Assembly (NCBI GenBank): GCA_963843575.1
Contig: CAWJKZ010000012.1
Span: 64,001-128,000 of the forward strand
DNA from: an uncultured Acidobacteriota bacterium
GTDB lineage: Bacteria; Acidobacteriota; UBA6911
Direction of reading: 5' to 3'
Length of the DNA stretch: 64,000 nucleotides
Within the stretch, counting starts at the first letter, position 1. Each line of letters opens with the position of its first letter. Position numbers and translations under genes: made by a program. Shown one piece after another: positions 43,011 through 54,411 of this stretch. The notes beneath the pieces were generated by a model. That model was not told where the DNA came from and searched no databases. It saw nothing but the letters and a program-made list of their open reading frames with translations.

Positions 43011-43746
43011 TCACCACCCTCGAAGGTCCGCGCGCAGTTGTCCGAAGTCGAGTTTTCTCTCGTAGAGGGCGCGACCCAGGATGACGCCTTCGATCCCCGT
43101 CTCGCGCAGCGTCCCAGAGCCTGCGGACGTCATCCGCGCCCGGAGACCCCGCCGCTGGCAATGACCTTCAGCCCCGATTGTCTGGCGAGGGCGGCGGTTT
43201 CCTCGATATTGACCCCGGTCAACATGCCGTCCCGGGCGATGTCGGTGTAGACGACGCGCTCCACGCCCAGGCCGCTCATCCGCCTCGCCAGCTCCAGCGC
43301 GCTGAGCGAGGATTGCTCGACCCACCCCTGCACGGCCACCCGGCCGCCCGCGCGCGTCGATGCCGACGACCACCGCCGCGCCGTGCCGCCGCACGGCCTC
43401 CTCGACGATCTCCGGCTGTTTCAGCGCGACCGTCCCGACCACTACCCGGTCGGCGCCCAGCGCCAGGACACGCTCGATCTGTCTCCAGCGTGCGCAAGCC
43501 CGCCGCCGAACTGCACCGGGATGCGCAGCGCCGGAACAGCGACCGCGCAATCGAGGCGTGCCTCGCGTCCCCCGCAAAGGCCCCGTCGAGATCGACCACA
43601 TGGAGCCGCGACGCGCCCAGCTCCTGCCAGCGCAGCGCGATGGCCACCGGGTCGTCGCCATACTCGGTGGCGCTCGCCGCCTCCCCTTCGCGCAGCCGCA
43701 CGCACTTGCCCCCCTTCAGATCGATCGCCGGGATCAGTTCGAACAT
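43011..43746 (-). CDS. hisA: ProFAR isomerase (frameshifted)
   Basis: [45 protein letters not shown]. Confidence 0.93.
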
Positions 43747-44375
43747 CGCCCCTCGCCGCACCCGACGCGCAGGAAGTTGCGCAGCAGCCGCTTGCCCGCA
43801 TCCTGGCTCTTCTCGGGGTGGAACTGCGCGCCCCAGGCGTTGCCGTTGCGCGCCACCGAACAGAAGCGGAGCCCGTAGTCTGTCCAGCCGAGGACGCTGC
43901 CGGGGCTTGCGGGCTCGACGTAGAACGAGTGCACGAAATAGAAATAGTCCCCCTCGGGGATGCCTTCGAGCAGCGGGTCGGGGCGCAGCCCCTCGACCTG
44001 GTTCCAGCCGACGTGGGGCACGCGAACCCCCGCGGGCAGCTTCCGGACGCGGCCCGGGATGATGCCGAGGCCGGGATGATGACCGAATTCCTCGCCCTCG
44101 TCAAACAGGAGCTGCAGGCCGAGGCAGAGGCCGAGCAGCGGAGTCCCGCCGCCGACCGACTCCAGTATGGCCGCGTCCAGGCCGGCTTCCCTGAGGTTAC
44201 GCATCGCGTCGCCAAACGCACCGACGCCCGGCAGCACCAGCCGCCGGCTCTGCCGCACTCGCGCGGGATCGCCGGTCACCTCCGGCGAGCCGCCCACGGC
44301 GCTGAACGCCTTCTGCACGCTGCGGAGGTTCCCCATCCCGTAGTCTACGATGGTCAGGTCGACCGGGGCGGCCAT
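43734..44375 (-). CDS. hisH: IGP synthase glutaminase subunit
   Basis: [27 protein letters not shown]. Confidence 0.96.
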   Translation of the reverse strand: MAAPVDLTIVDYGMGNLRSVQKAFSAVGGSPEVTGDPARVRQSRRLVLPGVGAFGDAMRNLREAGLDAAILESVGGGTPLLGLCLGLQLLFDEGEEFGHHPGLGIIPGRVRKLPAGVRVPHVGWNQVEGLRPDPLLEGIPEGDYFYFVHSFYVEPASPGSVLGWTDYGLRFCSVARNGNAWGAQFHPEKSQDAGKRLLRNFLRVGCGEGRCSN

Positions 44376-44378
44376 GTG

Positions 44379-44969
44379 CTAGAGGACCCCCTTGGTCGAC
44401 GGCACGCCGCCCACCCGCGGCTCCAGTCGCGTCGCAGTGCACAGGGCCCGGCCGGCGGCCTTGAAGACCGATTCGAAAATGTGATGTGTGTTGCGCCCGT
44501 ACAGCAGCTCGATGTGGATGTTCAGCCGGCAGTGCGTCACGAACGCCTTCCAGAACTCCTCGACCAGCTCGGAATCCAGGGCGCCGACGCGCTCTCGTTC
44601 CACCTTGACATGGTAGACGAGGTACGGCCGGCCCGACACGTCGGCCGCCACCCGCACGAGGGTTTCGTCCATCGGGTAATAGGCATGGGCAAACCGGGCG
44701 ATGCCGGCCTTGTCGCCCAGGGCCTTGTCGAAGGCCAGCCCCAGGCAGATCCCGATGTCCTCCACCGAGTGGTGGGCGTCGATGTCGAGGTCCCCCTTGC
44801 ACATCACCTCGAGGTCGAACAGCCCGTGCTTGGCAAACAGAACCAGCATGTGGTCGAGGAACGGGATGCCGGTCTGCACCCGCCCGTTGCCGCGGCCATC
44901 CAGGTTCAGTTTGATCTTGACGTCCGTTTCGTTCGTCGTGCGTTCGATGTTGGCCGATCGTTCAATCAT
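44379..44969 (-). CDS. hisB: Imidazoleglycerol-phosphate dehydratase
   Basis: FLDHML, DAHHSVED, PMDE, NTHHIFE, PSTKG. Confidence 0.97.
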   Translation of the reverse strand: MIERSANIERTTNETDVKIKLNLDGRGNGRVQTGIPFLDHMLVLFAKHGLFDLEVMCKGDLDIDAHHSVEDIGICLGLAFDKALGDKAGIARFAHAYYPMDETLVRVAADVSGRPYLVYHVKVERERVGALDSELVEEFWKAFVTHCRLNIHIELLYGRNTHHIFESVFKAAGRALCTATRLEPRVGGVPSTKGVL

Positions 44970-46075
44970 GTCGGGGCTCCTCCACGGCGGCGGGCTTCAG
45001 CCGCCCGAGACTGGTGTGCAGCGCGGCGAGGAACCGGTCGTTCTCCGCGCGGCTGCCGACGGTGACCCTGAGGCAGCGGGAAAGCATCGGGTAGGCCGAC
45101 ACGTCGCGCACGAGAACACCCTGGGCCGCGAGCTCTTCGAATACGGCCCGGGGAACCGCCGGAAGCTCGAACAGGAAGAAGTTCGCGCCGGTCGGGTACA
45201 CCTTGACTCCCGGCAGGCGGCTCAGTTCCTCGCCCACGCGCGTCCTCTCCTCGAGGATGGCGCCGATCGCCGGTTTGAATCTGTCCAGGTTTTCCAGTGC
45301 CACCTGTGCGGCGGTGAGGCTGAACTGGTTGACGTTGTAGGGAAGCTTCGCCTTGGCGATCTGGGTGGCGAGTTCCGGGTGCGCCATGAGGTACCCGACG
45401 CGCAGCCCGGCCATGCCCATGGCCTTTGAGAATGTGCGCGTGATGATCAGGCGCGGGTAAGTTTCCAGGAAGGGCAGGCCCGTGCAGCCGCAGAACTCGA
45501 AGTAGGCCTCGTCGAGGAGGACGTGCCCAGAGAAGGCGTCCAGGATCCGCCGTAGCCCCTCCCCGTCCAGGACCGACCCGGTCGGGTTGTTGGGTGTGCA
45601 GACGACCAAGACCTTCGCGGCGACCTCCTCGGCCCGCAGGATGATCTCGTCGACGTCGTAACTCATGTCGGGCTTCAGCGCGACGGTGACGACGCGGGCC
45701 CCGAGTATCTGCGACACCAGCCCGTAGACGGTGAAGGTGGGGGCCGGGATGACGACCGGGGTCCTGTCCTTCACCAGCACCAGCAACGCCGCCTGGAGCA
45801 GTTCGTTGGAGCCGTTGCCAACCAGGATGCCTTCCTTGGGCCAACCCACCGTCTGGGCGAGCGCGGCGCGCAGCCCGTCGGGAACGAAACTCGGGGTAGC
45901 GGGACCAGCTCCGCGCCCGGTACCTCCGGAACACCTCCTCCTTCAGGTCTTCCGGGAAATCGTACGGGTTTTCGTTCTGGTTCAGCTTGACCTCGGCTTC
46001 ATAGGTGCGCAGGGTGTAGGCTGGCACCCTGAGCACCTGCTCCTTGACGCCGTGAAGGGACGAGTGCTTTTTCAA
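44962..46075 (-). CDS. hisC: Histidinol-phosphate aminotransferase (frameshift near 45890)
   Basis: KLNQNENPY, GNGSNE, PNNPTG, DEAY, RTFSKAMGMAGLRVG. Confidence 0.94.
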
Positions 46076-46078
46076 TGG

Positions 46079-47392
46079 CTATACCTTTCTAACGGCCGCG
46101 CGGCCGTTCGCGGGCTCCTGCCGGATGCGAACGGATCTCGCGTGGGCGTCCAGTCCTTCGGAAAGCGCAAGCGTTTCGATCGACCTCCAGGTCCGGGCCA
46201 GTTCCTCGGCGCCGTAGTGGACGATGCTCGTCCTGCGCTGAAAATCATAGACGCCCAGCGGGGAGAAGAAACGTGCCGTCCCTCCGGTCGGCAGCACGTG
46301 ATTGCTGCCGGCGAAGTAGTCGCCCACCGCCTCGGGCGCGTGGTCTCCGTAGAAGATCGCCCCCGCGTTGCGCACCATCCCGATGGCGGAGGCCGGGATG
46401 CTGGAGAAGATCTCCAGGTGTTCGGGGGCCAGCTCGTTGATCCACGCGACGGCCTGGAGGTAGCTCTCCAGGATCACGACCGCACCGAAGTTGTCGAGCG
46501 ACCGCCGTGCGATGTCGCGTCTGGAGAGCGTCTCCACCTGCGCCTCCAGCTCGCGCTGGATCAGGACGGCGTGCGGCAGGGAGTCCGTGAAGCAGAGCGC
46601 GCAGGCCGACTCGTCGTGCTCCGCCTGCGACAGCATGTCGGCGGCGATGAAGCGCGGGTTGGATGCTGTGGTGGATAGGATGATCACTTCGCTCGGCCCG
46701 GCGATCATGTCGACGTCGACGTCGCCGAAGACCTCGCGCTTGGCCGCCGCCACGAAGGCGTTCCCGGGACCGACGATCTTGTCGACGCGGGCGATGCTCC
46801 CGGTGCCGTACGCCAGGGCGGCGATGGCCTGCGCCCCGCCCACAGTGTAGATCTCGCTCACGTTGAGCTCGTGCAGCGCGGCCGCCACCACCGGGTTCTT
46901 CTGAAACGTGCCCGGCGGAGTCGCCACCACGATCCGGGGGACGCCGGCGATCTTTGCCGGGATCACGTTCATGAGGACGGACGACGGGTAGGCCGCCGTC
47001 CCCCCCGGCACGTAAATCCCGACGCTGTCCAGGGGCAGGACCCGCTGGCCCAGAACCGTGCCGCGCCGCACGAACTCCCACGACTTCTGGACCTGCCGCT
47101 TGTGATAGGAGTGAATGTTGAAGATCGCTTTCTCCAGCTCGCGGACGATGGCCGGGTCGGCGGCAGCCGCCGCGGACCGGAGCGTCCGCGGCTTGACGCG
47201 CATCGTCGCAGGGGTGAGGCGCACCCCGTCGAATTCGGCCGTCAGCCGGAACAGGGCCGCGTCCCCTTCCTGCCGCACCTGGGACACGATCCGCCGGACG
47301 GCGGCGAGGATGTCGCCCGAGATCTGCCCCTGGCGCTTCTCCCACCGGGCGAAGAGTTTGTTCTTGTCCTTCAGCCTGTAGATCGGGATCAT
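46079..47392 (-). CDS. hisD: Histidinol dehydrogenase
   Basis: GIYVPGG, GGAQAIAA, GPGNAFV, AGPSE, SQAEHD, APEHL. Confidence 0.96.
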   Translation of the reverse strand: MIPIYRLKDKNKLFARWEKRQGQISGDILAAVRRIVSQVRQEGDAALFRLTAEFDGVRLTPATMRVKPRTLRSAAAAADPAIVRELEKAIFNIHSYHKRQVQKSWEFVRRGTVLGQRVLPLDSVGIYVPGGTAAYPSSVLMNVIPAKIAGVPRIVVATPPGTFQKNPVVAAALHELNVSEIYTVGGAQAIAALAYGTGSIARVDKIVGPGNAFVAAAKREVFGDVDVDMIAGPSEVIILSTTASNPRFIAADMLSQAEHDESACALCFTDSLPHAVLIQRELEAQVETLSRRDIARRSLDNFGAVVILESYLQAVAWINELAPEHLEIFSSIPASAIGMVRNAGAIFYGDHAPEAVGDYFAGSNHVLPTGGTARFFSPLGVYDFQRRTSIVHYGAEELARTWRSIETLALSEGLDAHARSVRIRQEPANGRAAVRKV

Positions 47393-48018
47393 GACAGCGT
47401 ACCTCTCAGCCTTGTCAAAAACTCCTGGACGGCCTCGTGCTGGAGGTGAAAAGCGGCACGGTTGACGATGACCCGCGCCGTGGACTCCTCGATGTCCTCG
47501 ATTATGGTGAGCCCGTTGGCACGGAGCGTCGTCCCGGTCTCCACCAGGTCCACGATCGTGTCCGCGAGTCCGATGTTGGGCGCGAGCTCGACGCTGCCGC
47601 TGAGGAATATCACTTCGGCCGGGAGCCCGCGCGCCCGGAAGAACCGCTCGGTGATGCGCGGGTACTTTGTGGCGACGCGTGTCGTCGAGAGCAGGTTGTG
47701 ATTTTCCGGCGCGTTCCCCTCCCGCCCCGCCAGCACCAGTCTGCAGCGCCCGAACCCGAGGTCCAGCGGCTGGTGGACATCGGGGCTCGCCTCGAGCAGA
47801 ACATCCCTCCCGCAGATGCCGGCGGCGGCGGCCCCGTACTCGACGTACGTCGGCAGATCGGTGGGCTTGACGAGCAGAAACCGGTAGCACCCGGTGGCAT
47901 CGGGCGCGATCAGGCGCCGCGACGTCAGGATGTCGTCCGGGACCTCGATGCCTGCCCGCGCGAGACACTCGACCGAGGGCTCGAGCAACCTGCCCTTGGA
48001 CAGGGCGACCGTGAGCAT
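47389..48018 (-). CDS. hisG: ATP phosphoribosyltransferase (short form)
   Basis: ALSKGRL, VATKYP, GSVELAP, IVDLVETGTTL. Confidence 0.95.
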   Translation of the reverse strand: MLTVALSKGRLLEPSVECLARAGIEVPDDILTSRRLIAPDATGCYRFLLVKPTDLPTYVEYGAAAAGICGRDVLLEASPDVHQPLDLGFGRCRLVLAGREGNAPENHNLLSTTRVATKYPRITERFFRARGLPAEVIFLSGSVELAPNIGLADTIVDLVETGTTLRANGLTIIEDIEESTARVIVNRAAFHLQHEAVQEFLTRLRGTLS

Positions 48019-49153
48019 TATGTTCGCCTCCCGACCTGTACCCGCAGCCCGCCGCGCCTCAGGCTCCATGCCTGCGCGAACAGCTCCCGGGGAGAGCGCC
48101 CCTCCACCTCGAGGACGCATTCCTCGGAATCGTGGGCCGGGAGCGCAAGGTTGGCGAGGGCGCCCACCAGCGGGAGAACTGATCCAGCGTGATCGAGAAA
48201 CCCACGGCCGGGAGGTCCCAGCCGAACTTCCCCAACAGGCCGTCGTACCGCCCTCCGCCGCCCAGTTCGAACCCGAGCTGGCTGCCGTAGATCTTGAAGA
48301 CCATTCCCGAGTAGTAATCCAGGCCGCGCACCTCGGCGAGGTCGAACGAGACATAGTCCGTCAACCCGAGCGTCTCCAGCACCGAGTGAATCTCGATCAG
48401 GTCGGCGAGCGCTTTACGTGCCCGCGGGTTCTGCACCACCGCCTGCGCCGCGTCCAGCACTCCGCGCCCCCCCGCGTAGCTGGGGAGCCGCGCGAGGAAC
48501 TCCCTCTTTTCCGGCGGAACGTCGAAACCGGCCACCTCGCGCTCGAGCCAGGCGCAGTCTTTCCGGTCGACGGCGTCGCGCAACGCGTCGGCACGTTCGG
48601 CTCCGAGGTTGAGACCGGAGACGATGCCTGCGAAAAAACCGACGTGGCCGAGCGCAAGCCGGAAATCGGTGATGCCCAGGTGAAGCAGGCAGTCTACGGC
48701 GATCAGGAGGACCTCGATGTCCGCCCAGATGTCTCCGACCCCCATAGACTCGAGGCCGACCTGGTAGAACTCCTTCTGTTTCCCGGCCCCCGGCCGCTCC
48801 TGGCGAAAGACCTCGCCCGAGTAAAACAGCTGGATTGGGAGCGGCTGCCCGGTCATGCGCGTAGCGGTGGTCTTGGCGACGAGGGTCGTCAGGTCGGGGC
48901 GCAGCGCCAGAAGCGACCCGTCCCTGTCCAGGAACCGGTAGGCCTTGTCCCCCAGCCGGGACCCGAGGCCGTAGGAAAAGTCCTCCAGGTAGTCGAAAAA
49001 CGGGAGGATGATTTCGAGGAAACCCCAGTTCTTCATGATGCCCGCGAGGATGGACTCCACTTTCCGTCGCCGGTTCACCTCCTCGCCGAAGTAACACTGC
49101 ACCCCCTGGGGGATCATGGGCATCAGGTCCCGGGCTCGTCTGAAGGTCTTCAC
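48018..49153 (-). CDS. hisZ: ATP phosphoribosyltransferase regulatory subunit (3' end uncertain)
   Basis: LRPDLT, EFYQVGLE, LDYYSG, GGGRYD; upstream of short hisG. Confidence 0.9.
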
Positions 49154-50124
49154 TCCCTGCCTCCTCCGGCACGCCGCGGTCCCGGTGCCGACTCGTTCAG
49201 CTCCTCGACTTCGAGGCCGCGGTTGTCCGCCTTCAGGACCCGGACTTCCGCCGCGAGGCCGTGGCGGGCGAAAATGGACCGTATCTGCTCGCCGATCTCG
49301 GCTTCGCGCGCGTCCGCGATCGCGACGACGGTCGAGCCCGCCCCGGACAGGGCGACTCCCAGCAGGCCCGCGCTGCCGTCCATGGCGAGGATCTCCTGCA
49401 AGCCCGGGAGCAGCGGCGCCCGAAACGGCTGGTGCAGCCTGTCGCGCATGGCTTCGCGCAGGCCGTCGGCCCGGCCCTGTACCAGCTGCGACATCAGGAA
49501 AGCGGCCCGCTGCACGTTGTAGACCGCGTCGTGCCTGGAGACCTCCTGGGGCAGGACCGCGCGCGCCAGCCTGGTTTCGAGCTCGAAATCGGGGGTGACC
49601 GCCACCACCGACCAGTGCGACGGGAACACGCTGCGCGAGCAGAGGACGGTCTCCGCCGCTATCGAGGCGACGAGGCCGCCGTAAAGGGCGGGGGCCACGT
49701 TGTCGGGGTGACCCTCGCGCCGTACCGCGTCCCGCAGCAACGCTTCCGGCGTCAGATCCAAACCGCACAGGAGGCTAGCCGCGGCAGCGCCGGCGAGGCA
49801 GGCGGCCGCGCTGCTCCCCATGCCCTTGGTGATGGGAATCCCGTTGTCGATGCGCAGCGCGAACCGCGGGGGCACAACGTCGTGGCGGGCCGCGGTCTCG
49901 TGGATAACCCGCCAGATCAGGTTGGACTCGTCGCGCGGGATCAGCCGGGCGTCCTCACCCGTCACCTCGATGTCGGGCTGCGGGGTGTCGGAGGGGCGCA
50001 CGTCGACCGTCAGATAAAGCTGCAGGGCGAGGCCGACCGCGTCGAAGGCGGCGCCCAGGTTGGAGGTGCTCCCGGGAACCCTGATCCTTCCGGCCCTCTG
50101 CGACCGGTCCGCACTGCTGGTCAT
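49150..50124 (-). CDS. thrB: Homoserine kinase
   Basis: PGSTSNLGAAFD, PITKGMGSSAA, EGHPDNVAP, LHQPFR, LSGAGST. Confidence 0.93.
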   Translation of the reverse strand: MTSSADRSQRAGRIRVPGSTSNLGAAFDAVGLALQLYLTVDVRPSDTPQPDIEVTGEDARLIPRDESNLIWRVIHETAARHDVVPPRFALRIDNGIPITKGMGSSAAACLAGAAAASLLCGLDLTPEALLRDAVRREGHPDNVAPALYGGLVASIAAETVLCSRSVFPSHWSVVAVTPDFELETRLARAVLPQEVSRHDAVYNVQRAAFLMSQLVQGRADGLREAMRDRLHQPFRAPLLPGLQEILAMDGSAGLLGVALSGAGSTVVAIADAREAEIGEQIRSIFARHGLAAEVRVLKADNRGLEVEELNESAPGPRRAGGGRE

Positions 50125-50159
50125 CGATTATCGGCTTTCTTTGTCCCGCGCCCGGCGGA

Positions 50160-51641
50160 CTATGGTTTCACGGCGCAGCCCAGCGCCTTGGACAGCGCCT
50201 TGCCCATGACGTGATCGGGCACCGGTGGACCCGCCCACAATTGCTGCTGCTTGATCGCCTGGCAGAGAAACATTTCGCTGCCGGCTATGGTGCGGCACCC
50301 GCGCGCCGCGGCATCCTGCAACAGACGCGTGTCCACAGGATTGTACACGAGGTCGTACACCCAGGTCCCGTTGAGCCACTCCGCGGGCACCGGCGAGACG
50401 TCGGGCTGCGGGTGCATGCCGACGGGCGTGGCGTTCACCAGTAACTCCCAGGACAATCCCGGCAGGTCGCTCCACGGCGCGTACTCGGCCTCGAACCTCT
50501 GGGCCAGCGCCCGTGCCTTGTCCGGGTCGCGTGCCACGATACACACGGTCGCCCCGCTGGCGCGCAGGCCGTGGACCACCGCCCGCGCCGCGCCGCCGGC
50601 GCCCAGCACGAGGGTGCGCATCCGGCCGAGGTGCGTCCTCCGGCGCAGCGGCCTCAAAAAGCCCTCCACGTCGCTGTTTTCCCCGTGCCACCCGCCCGGT
50701 TTGCACACGAGAGTGTTGGCCGCACCCACCCGGTCGGCTTCGATCGACAGGCTGAGGGCCCGGCGTGCCACCTCCTCCTTGTAGGGTATCGTCACGCTGG
50801 CCCCGCGGAGCCCCACCCATGTGCCGAACGCCTCGAGGTCGTCCACGTCGGCAGCTTCCAGCGGCAGGAAAACCGCGTCGCGCTGCCGCGCCGCGAACGC
50901 CGCGTTGTGGATCAGCGGCGAAAGCGTGTGCCCGAGCGGACGACCGGCGACCCCGTAAATCTCCGTGTCCGCCGTTATGCCGCGTACCCGGTAGACGTCC
51001 AGGAGTGTCTCCGCATCGAGCTGCCCGTCCGCGGTCGGCTGCCCGCCGGGAAGGCTGGCGAAAACGAGCCACGATCCCCACAGGCCGCCCAGCACCCGGC
51101 TCGGGACGCCGGGCAGCCCCATCGCCAGGGCGCAGAGCCGGATGCCGCGCGCCGAGGCGTGCTTCAAAGCGGCGGCAATCCTGAGGTTGTCCGAAAGGCG
51201 GCAGGCCCGCGTGGCGATCTTCACCGCGCCGGCACCGACCGCCGCCATCCGCTCCACCAGGCTTTCCATCGCCGACGGTGTTTCCCTGAAATCATGGTGG
51301 GACAGGATGACTTTGCTCTTTCCCACCGAGTCCAGAACCACCTTCCAGAAGGCGGAGAACTCGACGTCGACATAGTCGGCCCCGCAGCGCGCCGCCTCGA
51401 GTATCAACTCGAGGCGATCGCGTTCGCTGCCGAAATACTCACCCCCTTCCTCCCGGCTGCGCAGCGTGAAGATCATGGGGCACGGCTTGGTGCGGCACAG
51501 CCGGCGCACGTCCAGGTCGCGGATGTAGTCTCCCCGGATCTCGACGAGGTCCGCCCACTGCGCCGCACGGCCGGCCGCGGCGAGCGCCTCGCCGGTCGAA
51601 GATTCCCGAATCGCGACACAGATCCGCACGGTCACAATCAC
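50160..51641 (-). CDS. aroE: Bifunctional type I 3-dehydroquinate dehydratase/shikimate dehydrogenase (start approximate)
   Basis: DLVEIR, ILSHHDF; HTLSPLIHN, SVTIPYK, GAANT, GAGGAAR, NATPVGM. Confidence 0.92.
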   Translation of the reverse strand: MIVTVRICVAIRESSTGEALAAAGRAAQWADLVEIRGDYIRDLDVRRLCRTKPCPMIFTLRSREEGGEYFGSERDRLELILEAARCGADYVDVEFSAFWKVVLDSVGKSKVILSHHDFRETPSAMESLVERMAAVGAGAVKIATRACRLSDNLRIAAALKHASARGIRLCALAMGLPGVPSRVLGGLWGSWLVFASLPGGQPTADGQLDAETLLDVYRVRGITADTEIYGVAGRPLGHTLSPLIHNAAFAARQRDAVFLPLEAADVDDLEAFGTWVGLRGASVTIPYKEEVARRALSLSIEADRVGAANTLVCKPGGWHGENSDVEGFLRPLRRRTHLGRMRTLVLGAGGAARAVVHGLRASGATVCIVARDPDKARALAQRFEAEYAPWSDLPGLSWELLVNATPVGMHPQPDVSPVPAEWLNGTWVYDLVYNPVDTRLLQDAAARGCRTIAGSEMFLCQAIKQQQLWAGPPVPDHVMGKALSKALGCAVKP

Positions 51642-51776
51642 CTCTGAGAGGATTTTGGATTTTACCGGGACGGGCTCACAAAATCCACAAGGCACGTCGC
51701 AACGGGTCCGCTCCTGCAGCCCCCCACGTCGCCGGCGCGGGTGGCGGCCAGGGGCCCGAGGCGCCTCGAAGGCCCG

Positions 51777-53107
51777 CTAACGGGGCGAGATCCAGGGCTC
51801 CGCCATCAGCTTCTCGATCTCGCCGACTTCACGCGGAATCCCCGGAGTCAGGATCTCGCAGCCGTCGCGCGTCACCAGGACCGTGTCTTCGATGCGCACA
51901 CCCAGTCCTTTCTCGGCAATATAGACTCCGGGCTCCACGGTGACGACGACGCCCGGCTCGAACGGTTCCCAGGCACCGACGTCGTGAACCGCCATCCCGA
52001 CATAGTGGCTGACCCCGTGGCGCCAGTAGCCGGCGTAGCCTGCCTTCTCGACCACCTCGCGGGCGACTCGGTTGAGGTCGGCGAAGGTCGCCCCGGGCCT
52101 GATCCTGGCGAGTGCGGCCCGCTCCGCCTCCAGAACGATGTTGTAGACGCGCGCCTGTTCGTCGCTGAACTTGCCCGACACCGGGAAGGTGCAGGTGATG
52201 TCGGCCTGGTAGTAGCCGTAGTCCGGGCCGAAATCCAACACGAAGAGGTCCCCGGCTTCGGTCCTGCGGGAGTTGCCGCTGTAGTGCAGGACGCACGAAT
52301 TGGGGCCCGAGCCGGCTATGGCGAAATACCCGGGGCCCATGGCGCCGTGCCACTTGAAGATGAACTCCGCCGCCGCCGCCACCTGGTATTCGTACCGGCC
52401 CGGCTCGGCCGCACGCATGGCCTCCAGCGCACCCAGGACGCCGATACGCCCGGCCTCCCGCATCAGCCGGATCTCCGGCTCGTCTTTGACGCGCCGGAGG
52501 TTGTCCAGGACCGGCGAGAGGTCCTTGACGGGCACCGTGTCGCCCAGCTTCTGGCGCAGCCTGGCCTGGAACGCCTTCTCCCGGGAGATCCGGCCGTCCC
52601 ACGCGCTCCGCTCCACCGCGTTGTCGTACAGGGTCGCACGGTCGCGGCTGGTAGTCGCGGTCTCCTCCGGGCGGAAGGGCGTGAATACGGCCGCGGCGCC
52701 CGCCCGGGCCGATTCGAGCTCGGCCTCGAACCGGGCGACGTCCAGCACCTCGTCGCAACCGGCCGCCTCGCGCGCCTCGGCCCCGGGGTAGATCCTGGGC
52801 CCTTCCCAAGCCTCGGTCTGCGCATTGCGCGGGGGAGAAACAGCACCGATCGCCTGCGGACGGCGTCGATGAGCAGCATCGCGCCGGGCGCTTCCACGCC
52901 CGTCAGGTAGTAGAAATCGTTGCTCTGGCGAAAGCGGTCGTAAGCCCGCGTTTCCGGCGCGCCCTGCAACACCGCGACGGATCCCTCGATTTTCTTCATC
53001 AGGGCGGAGCGGCGGGCGCCGTGGTACGAAGGGGACGGGGCGCCGCGAAGCGGCAGGTCGAGGACGACCGCTCCGAGAAGCGCCGCCGCGAACAGAACTC
53101 TCTTCAT
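51777..53107 (-). CDS. Xaa-Pro aminopeptidase (M24) with signal peptide, frameshift near 52830
   Basis: FRQSNDFYYLTG, YQADIT, HGVSHYVGMAVHD, TVEPG, RIED. Confidence 0.9.
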
Positions 53108-53150
53108 GCTGGCTCCTGGAAACGCCGGCGCGGTGGCACGGCGTACAACT

Positions 53151-54344
53151 TCACCGGGTATCGTCGCCCGGAGGTTTCGGCACGACGAGCGCCGCCCGGG
53201 TGATCGACCCATCGCCATAGCGCCGGTGGATATCGTCGAGCGCGGCGGCAAGCTTCCGGTCTTTGGACGCCGGTTCCCGGAAAAGCGGCATCTGGCCGGA
53301 GGGCTCAGTCACCAGGTTGCTCGCGTACACCCCGATCAGCCGCACCGGCACACCCTTGCGCACCAGGGCGTTCATCAGCTTCAGGGCCACCGGGAACACC
53401 CTCTCCTCGGTGTCCACGGGCTCGTCGAGCGTGACCCGCCGCGTGTGGGTGGTGAAATCGGACTCGCGAAATTTGATGGCGATCGTCCGCGCCGTCGCGC
53501 CGTGTTGCCGGAGCCGCCTGGTGACCTTGCCCGTCAGGTGCAGCAGGGTGTCGTGCAGCAACCCGGCGTCGCATGTGTCGACCTCGAAGGTGGTCTCGTG
53601 ACCAATCGACTTGTATCCCGCTTCCGGCGCCACCGCCCGATCGTCGACCCCGTGCGCCAGCTCCCACGCGCTCTCTCCCGGCGTGCCGAGCAACCGGACG
53701 AGTGTGCCGCGATCCATCGCGGCAATCTGGGCGACCGTTGCGATACCGAGTTCGCGGAAGCGCGTTTCGGTTTTTGCCCCGACGCCCCACAGGCGCCCGA
53801 CCGGAAGCGGCCCGAGAAACTCGCGTTCCGTTCCCGGTTCAACGACGACCAGGCCGTCGGGCTTGCGCAGGTCGGAGGCGACTTTGGCCACGAACTTGTT
53901 GGAAGCCACGCCGACGGACGCCGTCAGCCCCTCCTCCCGGCGGATCCTCGCCTTGATCTGTTTCGCGATCTCCGGCCCGCCGCCGAGCAGGCGCCGGCTA
54001 CCGCCTACGTCCAGGAAGGCCTCGTCGATACTGACCTGCTCGACAAGGTCCGAGAAGTCGAGCAGTATCCTCATGATACGTTCCGAGGCGCGCACGTACT
54101 TGCCCATTTCCGGGGTGACGTATATGCCGTGCGGACACAAGCGCCACGCCTGGGATATTGGCTGCGCCGAGTGGATTCCGAACCGGCGCGCCTCATACGA
54201 GCAAGTGGCGACGATGCCGCGTCCCCGGCCCCGCTTTGGGTCGGCTCCGACAATGACCGGTTTGCCGCGGAACTCAGGATGATCCCGCTGCTCTACGGAA
54301 GCGTAAAAGGCGTCCATATCGACGTGCAGGATGGTTCGGTCCAT
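53151..54344 (-). CDS. dinB: DNA polymerase IV
   Basis: ILHVDMDAFYASVE, SYEAR, SIDEAF, AKVASDLRKPDG. Confidence 0.96.
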   Translation of the reverse strand: MDRTILHVDMDAFYASVEQRDHPEFRGKPVIVGADPKRGRGRGIVATCSYEARRFGIHSAQPISQAWRLCPHGIYVTPEMGKYVRASERIMRILLDFSDLVEQVSIDEAFLDVGGSRRLLGGGPEIAKQIKARIRREEGLTASVGVASNKFVAKVASDLRKPDGLVVVEPGTEREFLGPLPVGRLWGVGAKTETRFRELGIATVAQIAAMDRGTLVRLLGTPGESAWELAHGVDDRAVAPEAGYKSIGHETTFEVDTCDAGLLHDTLLHLTGKVTRRLRQHGATARTIAIKFRESDFTTHTRRVTLDEPVDTEERVFPVALKLMNALVRKGVPVRLIGVYASNLVTEPSGQMPLFREPASKDRKLAAALDDIHRRYGDGSITRAALVVPKPPGDDTR

Positions 54345-54411
54345 CTAGAGTGCGGCCTCGGGTATGGGGTCGAGTCCGGTCCTCCGGCTCGCCCGTGCGC
54401 TCCCGTTCCCA

